A DNA stretch of 64,000 nt from Thermoanaerobaculia bacterium (GTDB taxonomy: Bacteria; Acidobacteriota; Thermoanaerobaculia; UBA5066): positions 192,001 through 256,000 of the forward strand of contig CAWFJJ010000030.1 of NCBI GenBank assembly GCA_963816185.1, given 5' to 3'. This document shows positions 45,505 through 56,531 of this stretch, piece by piece; the stretch's first letter is position 1; the number at the start of each line of letters is the position of its first letter. Made by a program: the position numbers and the translations under genes. A model generated the notes under the pieces. It was not told the origin of the DNA, searched no databases, and was given only the letters and a program-made list of their open reading frames with translations.

Positions 45505-47294
45505 CCCTTCCAGGGCCCTCCGAGAACATCCGACGCGGGTGCGAGCACGAGCCGGCGCTTGCGGTTGAACTTCCTCCCCGAGTCGACGAAATGCTTCGTC
45601 AGCTCGCGCGTGAAGCTCGCCCGCACTTTTCCGAGAAGCTGGCGGAAGGTATAGCGCATCGGGTAGATGCGCATGCCGAGAACGTAGCCGCGCACGAGGA
45701 AATAGAGGAGGAAGTAAAGGCGCGTCCACGGCCGCTTCACGAGATGCTTCACGGCGAAGTTCCTTAGTCCCGGAAAAACGAGGAGGAATACGCCGAGGAA
45801 CGAGATGTTGAGCTGCTTCATCTTCTCTTCCTCGGTGAAGCAGCGGAACGGCGACTGCGACTGGAATGTCTCGTGGAGCTTTTCGTAGTCCCCGTCGAAC
45901 GCCCCGATCGAGATCGTGTAGTCGGTCAACGGCGTCCCGGGGTACGGGCTGAGCATGACGAACTCGCCGGACGTGACGCGACAGTTGACGTTGATGTCCA
46001 GCGACTCGATGTCGTAGTCGATGGCGTCGTGCCGAAGGCCGAGGGCCTGGAACCGGTCCGTCAGCTCCCGCCGCGCGGGAGGCGCGAGCGTTGAGGCGCC
46101 CGCGAGGGCGCTCTCGAATGCCTCGCGCTTGATCCGCGGGAAATGGGTCGCGAGGTGCGCGACGACGCCCGCCGCTTTCTCCTCGAACCGGGGGTCGTCC
46201 ACCTTCGGGATCACGGGGGCTGGAATCGCGAGAATCGTGTTCGAGAACGTCTTCACGCCCTTCTTGGCGCAGTACTCGAACGCAAACTTGATGTCCTCCT
46301 CGGTCATCGTGCGCTTGAACGTGTGCTGGCGGACGAAGTCGTTCCCGGATTCGATCGACATCGTGATCGAGTGAAGGCCCGCGGCCTTCATCAGGTCGAT
46401 CATCTCCGGGTCCTTGTGGACGAGGTCGCACCTCGTGAGGCAGTGGAACGGCACGCCGATGACCTTCGGGTACTTCTCGGAGAACTCGCGCAGCCAGTCG
46501 TCGGCGTGGAACACGAACATGTCGTCGTAGAACTTGATGAACTGGGTGTCGTAGTTCCGCTTGATGTCGAGCAGCTCCTCGAGGAGCCTGTCGACGCTGT
46601 ACCGGTTGATCGTCTTTCCCTTGCGCTTGTAGAGCTCGTTGAACTTCGCGTTGAAGCAGTACGTGCACGGATACGGACAGCCGCGCTGCGAGATGAACGT
46701 CCGCATTCCGAAGTACTTGAGCTGCGTCTTGTCGTACACGAGGGCGCGATCGTGGAACGGCAGGTCGTCGAGAAAGTTCGCACGATCCCTGAGCGCGATC
46801 GTGCCGTCGGCCCGCCGGTTTCCCTGCGTGACGATGCCCGGCACGTCGTCGGGCTGAGCGCCCGCCGCGAGGCGCGAGAGGAGCTCCGGCCACGCCTCGT
46901 CGGCCTCGCCGACGGCAAGAAAATCCATGTGCGTCTCTTCGACGGGAAGCGCCTGCGCGCCCGGGCGGGGCGGCGGTGCGACCAGGGTTTCCCCGCGGAG
47001 CCGCATGCGCGGATAGTTGAAGGTGGGATGGGGGCCGCCCATGATCGTGAGGACGTCGTCGCCGAACGTGCCCTTGATCTCCCGCGCGACGTCGAACATG
47101 ACGTTGCTCTCGCCCGTCTTCGCGCTGAACGCCACGATGTCGGGGCGGATCGCCCTCAGGTCGCGCTCAAGCTCTCCGTGCTCGAGCACGGACAGGAACG
47201 TCTCGTGCCCCCCCTGTTTCGCGAGCGCCGAGAGAAGCTCGACGTTCAGGGGGTCGATGTTCTCTTCCTTGAGCATCGTGAAGAGGATCTTCAT
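45501..47294 (-). CDS. Cobalamin-binding radical SAM protein
   Basis: GGPHPT, VGEADE, LDDLP, RGCPYPCTYC, FYDDMF, SIESG. Confidence 0.9.
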   Translation of the reverse strand: MKILFTMLKEENIDPLNVELLSALAKQGGHETFLSVLEHGELERDLRAIRPDIVAFSAKTGESNVMFDVAREIKGTFGDDVLTIMGGPHPTFNYPRMRLRGETLVAPPPRPGAQALPVEETHMDFLAVGEADEAWPELLSRLAAGAQPDDVPGIVTQGNRRADGTIALRDRANFLDDLPFHDRALVYDKTQLKYFGMRTFISQRGCPYPCTYCFNAKFNELYKRKGKTINRYSVDRLLEELLDIKRNYDTQFIKFYDDMFVFHADDWLREFSEKYPKVIGVPFHCLTRCDLVHKDPEMIDLMKAAGLHSITMSIESGNDFVRQHTFKRTMTEEDIKFAFEYCAKKGVKTFSNTILAIPAPVIPKVDDPRFEEKAAGVVAHLATHFPRIKREAFESALAGASTLAPPARRELTDRFQALGLRHDAIDYDIESLDINVNCRVTSGEFVMLSPYPGTPLTDYTISIGAFDGDYEKLHETFQSQSPFRCFTEEEKMKQLNISFLGVFLLVFPGLRNFAVKHLVKRPWTRLYFLLYFLVRGYVLGMRIYPMRYTFRQLLGKVRASFTRELTKHFVDSGRKFNRKRRLVLAPASDVLGGPWKG

Positions 47295-47330
47295 GCCGCC
47301 CTAGGATAGTCTAAAGAGACCGTGTCTCGT

Positions 47331-50294
47331 TCAGGCCTGCGGGGCGCTCTTGCGGTCGAGCGCGCGCCGGACGCTGCGAGCGAGCGTCTCGGGGTTGAAC
47401 GGCTTCTGGATGAAGTCGCTTCCGGGCTCCAGGACGCCGCGCTCGTCGAAATAGCCCGATGCGAAGATGACCTTCATCGACGGGCGCTCGGGCGCGAGCA
47501 GGTCCGCGAGGCGCCGGCCGTTCAGGCCCGGCAGGACGACGTCCGTGAGGAGGAGGTCGATCTGTCCCGTGTATCCCCGAGCCGTGGCGAGCGCCTCCTC
47601 CGCGCTCGACGCGACGAGGATGTGATAGCCGCTCCGCTCGAGAAGGAGGGAGGCGAGGCGGCGAACCGATTCCTCGTCCTCGACGAGCAGGATCGTCTCC
47701 GTACCCCCGCGCGGCAGGGAGCGCGGGCTCACGTTCGAAGGCGAATCCGCGGCACCGTGGACGCGCGTCAGGTAGACGAGGACGCGCGTCCCTTTCCCGG
47801 GCTCGCTCTCGATGTGAATGTAGCCGCCGCTCTGCTTCACGATCCCGTAGACCGTCGAGAGCCCGAGCCCCGTGCCCTTGCCTCTCTCTTTCGTCGTGAA
47901 GAAAGGCTCGAAGGCATGTGAAAGGGTCTCGGCGTCCATCCCGTGTCCGGTGTCCGCGACTTCGAGCAGCACGTAGTCCCCTTCAGCGACCTTCGGAACC
48001 TCCGGGACGTTCGCGGCATGAAGCGACACGTTCCGCGTGGCGATTCTGAGGACTCCGCCTTCGGGCATCGCGTCGCGCGAGTTCACCGCCAGGTTGAGGA
48101 GGACCTGGTGAAGCTGGCCGGGATCCGCCAGAACGCGCCAGAGGTGCGGGTCGCGCTCGGCCTCGTACGTCACGTCCTCGCCAAGCGTGCGCCGCAAGAT
48201 GCCGTCGACCTCGGCGAGCACCTCGTTCAGATCGATGACCTTCGGCTGGAGCACCTGCTTTCGGCTGAAGGCGAGAAGCTGTTTCGTGAGGGCGGCGGCG
48301 CGATCTCCCGCCTTGCGGATCTCGTCCGCGGAGTGTTTCACCTCGGGCGAGGGGTCCGAGTCGAGGAGGAGCTCCGCGTACCCGAGGACCGCCGTCAGGA
48401 GATTGTTGAAGTCGTGGGCGACGCCGCCCGCGAGCCGTCCGACCGCCTCCATCTTCTGGGCCTGCCGGAGCTGCTCTTCCAGCGCGCGCCGGTCGGCGAG
48501 ACTGTGCACGACGTTGAGTACGGTCTGGCGTCCGCCTTCGGCGACGAGGACCGCGTCGACCTCGACGGGGGCTTCCTTGCCGTCCTTCCGCCGGAAAGCC
48601 CGGTTCGTGATCGCCAGCGCTCCCTGGTCGACGAGGCGGTGGATGTTCGCGTCGACGGAGGCGCGATTGTCGGGAGCGAAGTCGTAAAGGGTCATTCCGG
48701 ACAGCTCTTCCGCGGTGTAGCCCAGCATGCGCTGAAACGCCGGGTTCGACTCGAGGACCCGCCGCGTCGCGAGATCGAAGAAGAGAAGGCCGTCCCGCGA
48801 CGACTCGATGACGCCCCGATAGCGCTCGCGCGACAGTCGGAGCGCCTCCTCCGCCTCTTTGCGCTCCGAGATATCCACGATCGTCCCCTCGATGACTTCC
48901 GGGGGCCCCTGCAGAAGCGACGCGTGCTCCAGGCTCCAGAAAAGCGTTCCGTCCTTGCGACGCGACCGCGATTCGTACGCGATGAGAGTGCCCTTCTCTC
49001 TCAGGGCGTCGACGAACCGCCGGCGGGACTCCGGGCTCTCGTAGAGCGCCACCGCGGAACTCTCGAGGAGGTCCTGCCTCGAGTCGTAGCCAAAGAGCCG
49101 GGCGAACGCCTCGTTGCACTCGAGGATCCGGCCTTCGGGCGTCGTCCGGTAGATTCCGGCGAGGCTTTGCTCGAAGAGACGCTCGTACCGCTGCTCGGAG
49201 GCGCGGAGAGAGGCCGTCATGTCCCGGGCGACGGCAAGCGCCTGTTGCCGTGTCGCGGCGAGCGACCAGACGATGCCGAACAGGAGCCCGCTCACGAGCA
49301 GACCGCCTCCGAGGATCGCGACGGGCCGGTCGAGCAGCCGTGATTGGATGCTCTTTCCCCCGTGCCCGGTGAAGCCGGCGCCATCGGAGGCAGCAAACCC
49401 CGGGCCCGGAGTGAAGACGAGCGTGAGGCGATGTCCGCCCAGCAACAGAGGAACCGTCGTGGGCCGGGCCGGGCCCGGGCTGCCGGCGCCGGCCGACGAA
49501 TAAAGAACGGACGCCGCACCGGGTGTCTCGGCGTCGTCGAGCTCCACGACGAGGTTGGGGTCCTCTTCGCGAAGTATGTCCGCCATGAGCGGCCGGACGA
49601 GATACAGGAGAGAGACCCATCCCTTCAACGCGTGCCGCCGCTCGGCGACGGATGCCCGGGGCGCACCCTCCGCATACACGGGGTACTGAAAGACCAGCGC
49701 CGGCCCGAGGGCTGAATCGACCGGAGAGATCGGACCGCCGACGCGCATCAGCCCCAGGTCCCGGGATTCCTCCAGGGCCGCACGGTTGGCGGGCACCGCG
49801 CCCGTGTCGAGGCCAAGGGCCTGGGAACCCGGACGTTGCGGCTCGGCGTATTGAATCAGGAAGAGATCGTCGCGGTCGCCCGACGTGGTCACGTTCTTGA
49901 GCTCGGGCCCTTCGGCCCGGCGGCGCGCGAGGTAATCGGAGAGCTGCTCGCGCCGCACGGGCACGATGAACGCCATCGTGGGCACGCTCGGGTCGCGCCT
50001 CGCGAGGTCGAGCTCCTGGAAAAAAGTCCGGAACCCGGTCTCCGTCACCGACTCGCTTCCGACGAAAAGCCCTGATGCGGCGCGCAGGACGTTCTCGGTG
50101 GCTTCGCTGCGCGCGAGAAGAGCTCTCTGGACCCGCGCGGCCGCGCGCTGGATCCGGGCCTCGACACGCGCGTCCACCCCGCGGAGGCCCTCACGGTACG
50201 AAAGCCCGGTCACCCCGATTCCGAGCGCGAGCACGATCCACGCGACCGCTCCCGGAGCGCGGGATCCGGGCGGGGGCGACGAGTCCGCGGGCAC
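47331..50294 (-). CDS. CHASE-PAS-PAS hybrid histidine kinase with receiver domain
   Basis: [57 protein letters not shown]. Confidence 0.92.
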   Translation of the reverse strand: MPADSSPPPGSRAPGAVAWIVLALGIGVTGLSYREGLRGVDARVEARIQRAAARVQRALLARSEATENVLRAASGLFVGSESVTETGFRTFFQELDLARRDPSVPTMAFIVPVRREQLSDYLARRRAEGPELKNVTTSGDRDDLFLIQYAEPQRPGSQALGLDTGAVPANRAALEESRDLGLMRVGGPISPVDSALGPALVFQYPVYAEGAPRASVAERRHALKGWVSLLYLVRPLMADILREEDPNLVVELDDAETPGAASVLYSSAGAGSPGPARPTTVPLLLGGHRLTLVFTPGPGFAASDGAGFTGHGGKSIQSRLLDRPVAILGGGLLVSGLLFGIVWSLAATRQQALAVARDMTASLRASEQRYERLFEQSLAGIYRTTPEGRILECNEAFARLFGYDSRQDLLESSAVALYESPESRRRFVDALREKGTLIAYESRSRRKDGTLFWSLEHASLLQGPPEVIEGTIVDISERKEAEEALRLSRERYRGVIESSRDGLLFFDLATRRVLESNPAFQRMLGYTAEELSGMTLYDFAPDNRASVDANIHRLVDQGALAITNRAFRRKDGKEAPVEVDAVLVAEGGRQTVLNVVHSLADRRALEEQLRQAQKMEAVGRLAGGVAHDFNNLLTAVLGYAELLLDSDPSPEVKHSADEIRKAGDRAAALTKQLLAFSRKQVLQPKVIDLNEVLAEVDGILRRTLGEDVTYEAERDPHLWRVLADPGQLHQVLLNLAVNSRDAMPEGGVLRIATRNVSLHAANVPEVPKVAEGDYVLLEVADTGHGMDAETLSHAFEPFFTTKERGKGTGLGLSTVYGIVKQSGGYIHIESEPGKGTRVLVYLTRVHGAADSPSNVSPRSLPRGGTETILLVEDEESVRRLASLLLERSGYHILVASSAEEALATARGYTGQIDLLLTDVVLPGLNGRRLADLLAPERPSMKVIFASGYFDERGVLEPGSDFIQKPFNPETLARSVRRALDRKSAPQA

Positions 50295-50326
50295 GCGTTC
50301 GAATCATAGCCCGGGATCCCTGCGAC

Positions 50327-53300
50327 TCAGTCTCCCGAGACGACGAGGATCGATCCGGCCGAGAAAGCGTTGAATTCCGGCGCATACATCGATTGCACGG
50401 TCGCGGGCCCCACGCGGAACGTTCCGGCCATGTTCGCGCGCAACCTGTACTTGAACGTGTACTGCCCCACCGGCAGACGCTCGAAGAAGAAGTTCGTGGC
50501 CGAGTCGCGCGTCTCCTCGTACCAGGCGATCCCGAGGTCCCACTTCCAGCGCGAGACCGCGTTCTCCGGCTCGAGGCCGGCCGCGCGCGGATCCCTCAGG
50601 TGAACGTACTCCGCCTCGTGCTTCGTCCCGAGAGAGATCTGCACCTCGATCTCGTCGCCCGGCTTCAGCACCGCGCCCTCCGCGAGCGGCGTCAGGACGA
50701 ACTCGCGTCCGTTCGTCGCGCGTCGGAAGTACGTCCGCGACACGGAGAAGAAGTCGCCGCGGGCCTCGGAGGGGAGCTTCTCCGTGGAGTAGTGCCAAAC
50801 CGCCGAGGCGAACGCGAAGCCTTTGCTCTCCTTCTCGACGACGACGGTCGAGGTCGTCTTCGGATCGATCTTGTCTCCGGGCACGACGACGCGGTTGTTC
50901 TTCCCGGTGTACGTGGCTGGGTCGAACGTGAACGTGACCTTCTGCGTCCCGACCGTGACCGTCGCGTCCTCGGGGATGCCGAGCGCGCCTTCACGCTTCA
51001 GGTAGTGGACGAGGGAGTAGATGACTTCGGCCGTCGCCCGTGTGGACTTCCACTGGTTCAGCTTCTTGTTGAGGAGCAGCCACTGGACGATGCCGTCCGT
51101 CTTCGGGTTCTCACTGTCCAGCTCGAGGAGCGTGCGCAGGGCGAAGGCCTGCGTCTCGATCGTGTCGTTGTACCAGAGCCACGAGCGGTCCTCCGGAGCC
51201 CAGAACGTGCCCTGCTCGTCGTTCGACTTCGCCGAGTCCATGACGGACGCCCACACGAGGCGCGCATCCGACGGACGGCCCATGCGCTTCAACGTCAGGG
51301 CGAGGTACCCCTTCAGATAAGGCGAGTGCCCCTTCCAGTGCTTGAACGAGTAGTCGAGCATCTCCCGGCGCTCGGCCTCGGTGATCGCGCCGTTCGTCCA
51401 GGACGCGTCGGGGTACGCCGAAACGACGTAGTTCAGGAACGTGATGAACTCGTAGCACCCGTTCAGCCCCATGCACCGCTTCCACTCCGACCGGTAGTGC
51501 TCGCCGACGTAGGAGAACGCGCGCTGGACCATGTCCTTCGGCACGTCCACGCCGAACTCGGCGGCCTTCGCGAAGCCGTGGAGGATGTAGAGCGTCATGT
51601 ACGGCGACGGCGGGCCGCCCGGAAACCACGGAAATCCGCCGACGGACGTCTGCGCCTTGCGAAGGCGCGCGAGCGCCGACTCGCGGTTCTCCCGCGCGAC
51701 GCGCGGGTCGAGGACGTCGATCGATTCGAAGTCGGTGCGACCGCCGCGTGCCGGCACGAGCCAGGGCGTTTCTTCGAGCGCCATCTTCCGATTCGGGTCC
51801 AGGGCGTCCCAGCTCTCGAGAGGAGTCGTCCGCTTCGCCATCTCGGCGGCCATCTTCGCGACGGCGGGATAGTCCTTGAAGACGCTCGAGACGATGCCTG
51901 TCGAGACGAAGCGGTTCAGCGTCTGCTCCGTGCACTCGTACGGGTAGTTGACGAGATACGGGAGGGCCTGGAGCACCGTGTAGAAGAGCTGCGCGTCGAC
52001 CGTCACGACCATCTGCTCGTTCACGAGCGTCGGGTCGTCGTTCTTCGCGAGGTCGTCGAAGCGAAGGGTCTTCCTATCCTTGTTCTTGAGAGTGACGAAC
52101 CGCGACTGGACGAGGTGCATCCGGCCGGGCAGAACGGGCACGGGGCGCAGCTCGCCGTCCGACACGTCGCCGGAGGTCGCCGTGACCTTGAACGCGGCGT
52201 TTCTCAGGCCTCGCGGGGCCGTCACGTGGAACGTCAGGTTCGTTCCGCCGCCCGCCTTCACGGTGAACGGCTTGTTAGCAGCGGCGCCGGCGACGCCGAA
52301 CGCCGCGTTCAGGCTCGTGTTCCGGTCGGGATCGAGGATCTCGAGCGCGAGAGTTCCGGAAAGCGGCTTGTCGGACGCGTTGTTCACGACCACCTTGATC
52401 GAAGCCTTGTCGCCCTCGCGCAGGAAGCGCGGCATGTACGGGCGGACCATGAGGTCTTTTACGGTCCGCGTCTCTTCTTCCACAGAGCCGCCACGCAGGT
52501 CTTTCGTGACGGCGTGGACGAAGACGTTCCATGAGGTGACGGAATCGGGGACCGTGAACGAGATGGTGGCCGAGCCGTCGGCGTCCGTCAGCAGTTGCGG
52601 CTGCCAGAAGGCGGTCTCGGAAAAGTTGCTTCGGAGGGCGGCCGGCGGCGCATTGCCTGCGTCGCCGCCACTCATCGTACCGGTGTCTATTTTCTTGGAG
52701 AGAGAATCCCGTTCCCTGTCGCGCATGTCCGACGCGGCATTCGGCTTTCCTTCCGCAACGGCGTTGAGGGACATCTCCTGCCGCGCCGACTTCATGGCCA
52801 TGGGCGCGGAGGCGGGCATCACGCCGCCTCCCAACCCGCCCCGTCTCCCCGGGCCGCCGATGCCGTAGCCTTCGTCGAACTTCAGACGGTCGACCGTGAG
52901 GCCGCCCCACGAAGGCGGGGGCGGAAAGCCGCCGCTCGTCAGCCACAACGGCTGTGCCGCGCCCAGCGTGGCGCGCCAGGTCAGAGGAGTCGCCCGGTTC
53001 GGCAGGAGTTGAAGAGGACTCGGCGGCCGGTGCGGCGCGAAGATGTCGAGGCTCCGGTCGTACATGTACGCGAGGAGCTCGGCCGTCTCGGCGAGCGGGT
53101 GCTCTTTCGTCGCGCCCTTCACGGTGACGCGCCATGTCTCGGTCTGGCCGGGCCGTAAGCGGTCGCGGAACGTCGCGAACGCGACCTTCAGCTCCCGGTC
53201 GTCCCAAGGCACGTAGACGGTCTGCGTCTGCTGGAGGAACTGGTGGTCGCGCACGGCCGTCACCGCGATGCCCAGTCCGCCGCGATCCTCCTCCGTGATC

Positions 53301-56300
53301 GTACGCTCGATCAGGGCCGCGTCCGTGCCGGCGCGCAGAACGCGGCGCTCGATGACCTTGCCGGCGCGGGCGACGTCGAGGTACAGCGTCTGGCCCTTGA
53401 TCCCGGACGCCACGAGAAAACGTGCGACGCCGCCCACCTTCACGGAGGATGACTCGGCGAGGAGGACGAGCGGCAGCGCGGGGACGGCCTTCGAACCTGC
53501 GACGAGGAAATCCTGCGCCATCTCGTACGTCGCTCCGAACTCGTCGACGGTCGAGTAGCGCAGCCGGTAGGCGCCCGCGGCCAGCGCGGGCAGGTCGAGC
53601 TTCGCCTCGCCCTTCGCGTCGTGCGTCACGGCGCCGGACGCCGCCTGAGCACCGTCCTTCCACGCGTGCAGCCACTCGTCGACGGAGTAGTCGGCCGACC
53701 AGCGCGGGCGGAGCAGGTCGCCGGGCGTCTGAAATTCCTTGCTCCTTGCGCTCGTGGCCGCTTCGTTCAGAGCGGCGCGCGGCTCACCCGGCGAGACGCT
53801 GTTTTCGGATTGCTTAGAAGGGAATTCAGCCGGGAGCAACGTCTTCTCTGGCGGGGTGAGCCGCAGCAGACGCCAGGTTCCCTTTCCCGCCTTCGGGTTG
53901 CCGTCGAGATCAGTCCTGACGATCTTGACGTCGCTCTGCGCTCCGCCGCCGCGCGCCAGCGCCGCGTTTCCCCCGGCCCTATTACCTTCTAAGAAATATT
54001 GTCTTTCTCTCTCCACGGTCGCCTTCACGCTCACGAACCCGAGACGAAACGATCTCTCCTGAGAGCGCGTCTCGCCCCCCTCGTCGGTAACGTCCGCCGA
54101 GAGGCGGTAGCGGTACGTCACGTCCTTGCCGGCGCGCTCGTCGGCCTTCGGCGTGAAGGTGACGGCGAAGGTCCCGTCCTGAGCGAGGGAGGTGCGGCCC
54201 GTCGCGACGGTCTCGGCTCCGGTCGGGCGGGAGCCGCCCCACCAGCCCCACCACCACGGGTACTCGGCCTCGCGCGTGACGCGCCAGGCGACGCTCCCGT
54301 TCGTGACGGGCAGGCCGAAGTAGTAACGCGACCCGCCGTGGAACGTCGCGGGCCGGTTGAGGCGCAGCGCGTCTTTCGGGGCATCGAGCGTCGTCTCGAA
54401 CGTCGGCCGCTTGTACTCCTCGACGCGGATGGAGGCGGCCCCCCCGGTCGCGCACCGGACGCTCCAGGCGCCGAGCGCGCGTCCCGCGGGGATCGAGAAC
54501 TCTCCCGCGACCGAACCGTAGGCGTTCGACGAAACGGTCCTCGACTCCACGGCCTGACCGTTCGCGTCGACGAGCGTGAGCGTCACGGGCGTCTGGGGCA
54601 CGACGCGCCACCGCGCGAGATCGCTCCGGCCGCTGAAGACGACCGCCTTCCAGAGCACCTTCTGGAGCGGCCGGTAAATGCTGCGGTCCGTGTAGACGAG
54701 AGCCGAGGACGTCTCCGAGAGCGCCGGCCGGTTCCAGAAGCCGAGAAAAGTCGGATCGAGCGCCACGTCGTCACCGCGCCGCGCGAAGAGAAAATGCGAT
54801 CTTCCGTTTCGGTCGGGGCCCGGCGCGAACGCCACGAGGCCGTCCGCCGAGGTCCGCGCCGTTGCCGCGCGCGCGTGCCCCGCCTGCCAGTCGTACCTCC
54901 AGAGCGCGACGCTCACGCCCGCCGCGGGCTGACCCGTCGTCCCGGAGACGGCACGCGCCTCGAAGCCGCCCTCGTTCGTCTGGCGGATGTTGAGGACGAG
55001 GTCCGTGATGAGAAGGCCGGCCGCGCGCAGCGGGTTCTGACCGGTCGAGAAATCGGACCGCGGCGACGCCACGATCACGTAGAACCCGCGTGCGAGCGCC
55101 GGCGGAGTCACGAACGTCCGGTGCAGCTTGAAGTCGGGAGTGGCGGGCAGGTCGACGCGGAAGGTGGCTGCGGGCGTCGCACTCGCCACGAGGGCGTCCA
55201 GCTCCTTGCCCTGGGGCAGGAGGTTGTAATCCCTCGCGCGAGAGAGGCGCTCCTCGAGGTCCACGGAATACGCACGGAAATGGAGCGCGGCGAGATTGCG
55301 GTGAGTCACTTCGATCGAGCGCCGTCCCGGGCCGTCCGCCGCCATCGCCGCGAGCCTGTAGTCGGGCTGCTCGATCTCCCCCACGATCGCCCGGCAGCGT
55401 TCGCCTCCGGTCGAACGGGGATACGCCTTGTCTCCTTCGAGGGCGAGAGAGCGCGCCTTCACGAGGCTGCCCGGCCGGTCGTCGGCCTTCACGAGCTCCG
55501 CGAGCTCGGCCTTCCCCATCGCCCACCAGGGGACGTCCGCGAGGGCAACGAGGCGCTTGGCGAGATCGCGCCGGATGAGCGAGCGGTCGGACGCGTCCGT
55601 CAACGCGGCGTGAAGGCGCCGCGCGCGCTCGAGCCGCACCTCGAGGGCGGCTTCGCGCTCGCCGCGGCCCGCGTGCCAGGCCTCGAGATCGTCGAGGACG
55701 GCGCCCAGCTTGACGAGCGGATGGACGGAAGCGTCCTCGAGCGCCACGAGCCGTGAAGCGGCCGGATCGCCTGCGACGAGCAGTTCGCGATCGAGCTCGA
55801 AAACGCCGTTCGATTGCTCGGGCCGCCAGAAAGTCGAGTCGGCGAGGACCTCGACGAATAGATAGGCCGTGGCGTCCCGCAGCGTGTCGCGAATCCCCTT
55901 CGGATAGCTGTTCGGCACGAGGTACTCGTCGAACACCGCGACCTTAGCGTTTCCGAGCGCCTCGCGATCGCGAAAAACCTCGGCGTACGTGCGGACGGCC
56001 TCGCCCGCGATCTGCTCGCGCGTCCACGCCTTGAGGTCGACGGCTCCCGTCGACGCCACCTTCTCGCGCTGCCCGATCTCCCACGCGTACGCGCGGGCAT
56101 AGGTCACGAGCGACTGCGCGTAGAAGAGCCGCAGGGCCGTTCGGGGCAGCAGAGTCTTCGGCCACGGCTGGTCCTTGAGAAAGCGGACCGACGTCTCGTA
56201 CCCGTGGAGCGCGGTCCGGAGCTGGACCTCGCGGACGAGGGCCTTCGCCTCGTCCGCTTCGTCGCCCGCGGCCCGCGCCGCCTCGCGAATCTTCGCGACG

Positions 56301-56482
56301 CGCTGCGAGGCTTCCTCGAGCTTCTGTTCCGAGACGAGACGCTCGACCTCCTTCCACGTGGCGGCGCCGCCCGTCGCGCGGGCCTCGTCGGAGAAAGGTC
56401 GGGCGAGGGCGATCGCGCCGGCGGCCGCGAGGGCCACGGCGCCGAGGCCGAGCAGGGAGAGACGGCGAGGGGCGAGTCGCAT
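50327..56482 (-). CDS. Bacterial alpha-2-macroglobulin family protein
   Basis: YTDRSIYRP, VEEYKRP, LRSNFSETAFWQP, PRFLREGD, thioester YPYECTEQ, GGFPWF, MYAPEF. Confidence 0.92.
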   Translation of the reverse strand: MRLAPRRLSLLGLGAVALAAAGAIALARPFSDEARATGGAATWKEVERLVSEQKLEEASQRVAKIREAARAAGDEADEAKALVREVQLRTALHGYETSVRFLKDQPWPKTLLPRTALRLFYAQSLVTYARAYAWEIGQREKVASTGAVDLKAWTREQIAGEAVRTYAEVFRDREALGNAKVAVFDEYLVPNSYPKGIRDTLRDATAYLFVEVLADSTFWRPEQSNGVFELDRELLVAGDPAASRLVALEDASVHPLVKLGAVLDDLEAWHAGRGEREAALEVRLERARRLHAALTDASDRSLIRRDLAKRLVALADVPWWAMGKAELAELVKADDRPGSLVKARSLALEGDKAYPRSTGGERCRAIVGEIEQPDYRLAAMAADGPGRRSIEVTHRNLAALHFRAYSVDLEERLSRARDYNLLPQGKELDALVASATPAATFRVDLPATPDFKLHRTFVTPPALARGFYVIVASPRSDFSTGQNPLRAAGLLITDLVLNIRQTNEGGFEARAVSGTTGQPAAGVSVALWRYDWQAGHARAATARTSADGLVAFAPGPDRNGRSHFLFARRGDDVALDPTFLGFWNRPALSETSSALVYTDRSIYRPLQKVLWKAVVFSGRSDLARWRVVPQTPVTLTLVDANGQAVESRTVSSNAYGSVAGEFSIPAGRALGAWSVRCATGGAASIRVEEYKRPTFETTLDAPKDALRLNRPATFHGGSRYYFGLPVTNGSVAWRVTREAEYPWWWGWWGGSRPTGAETVATGRTSLAQDGTFAVTFTPKADERAGKDVTYRYRLSADVTDEGGETRSQERSFRLGFVSVKATVERERQYFLEGNRAGGNAALARGGGAQSDVKIVRTDLDGNPKAGKGTWRLLRLTPPEKTLLPAEFPSKQSENSVSPGEPRAALNEAATSARSKEFQTPGDLLRPRWSADYSVDEWLHAWKDGAQAASGAVTHDAKGEAKLDLPALAAGAYRLRYSTVDEFGATYEMAQDFLVAGSKAVPALPLVLLAESSSVKVGGVARFLVASGIKGQTLYLDVARAGKVIERRVLRAGTDAALIERTITEEDRGGLGIAVTAVRDHQFLQQTQTVYVPWDDRELKVAFATFRDRLRPGQTETWRVTVKGATKEHPLAETAELLAYMYDRSLDIFAPHRPPSPLQLLPNRATPLTWRATLGAAQPLWLTSGGFPPPPSWGGLTVDRLKFDEGYGIGGPGRRGGLGGGVMPASAPMAMKSARQEMSLNAVAEGKPNAASDMRDRERDSLSKKIDTGTMSGGDAGNAPPAALRSNFSETAFWQPQLLTDADGSATISFTVPDSVTSWNVFVHAVTKDLRGGSVEEETRTVKDLMVRPYMPRFLREGDKASIKVVVNNASDKPLSGTLALEILDPDRNTSLNAAFGVAGAAANKPFTVKAGGGTNLTFHVTAPRGLRNAAFKVTATSGDVSDGELRPVPVLPGRMHLVQSRFVTLKNKDRKTLRFDDLAKNDDPTLVNEQMVVTVDAQLFYTVLQALPYLVNYPYECTEQTLNRFVSTGIVSSVFKDYPAVAKMAAEMAKRTTPLESWDALDPNRKMALEETPWLVPARGGRTDFESIDVLDPRVARENRESALARLRKAQTSVGGFPWFPGGPPSPYMTLYILHGFAKAAEFGVDVPKDMVQRAFSYVGEHYRSEWKRCMGLNGCYEFITFLNYVVSAYPDASWTNGAITEAERREMLDYSFKHWKGHSPYLKGYLALTLKRMGRPSDARLVWASVMDSAKSNDEQGTFWAPEDRSWLWYNDTIETQAFALRTLLELDSENPKTDGIVQWLLLNKKLNQWKSTRATAEVIYSLVHYLKREGALGIPEDATVTVGTQKVTFTFDPATYTGKNNRVVVPGDKIDPKTTSTVVVEKESKGFAFASAVWHYSTEKLPSEARGDFFSVSRTYFRRATNGREFVLTPLAEGAVLKPGDEIEVQISLGTKHEAEYVHLRDPRAAGLEPENAVSRWKWDLGIAWYEETRDSATNFFFERLPVGQYTFKYRLRANMAGTFRVGPATVQSMYAPEFNAFSAGSILVVSGD

Positions 56483-56531
56483 GAATCCTCCGCGAGTCTA
56501 TGACCCCGGGCGCGCAGGAAGGTTCCCCGGG

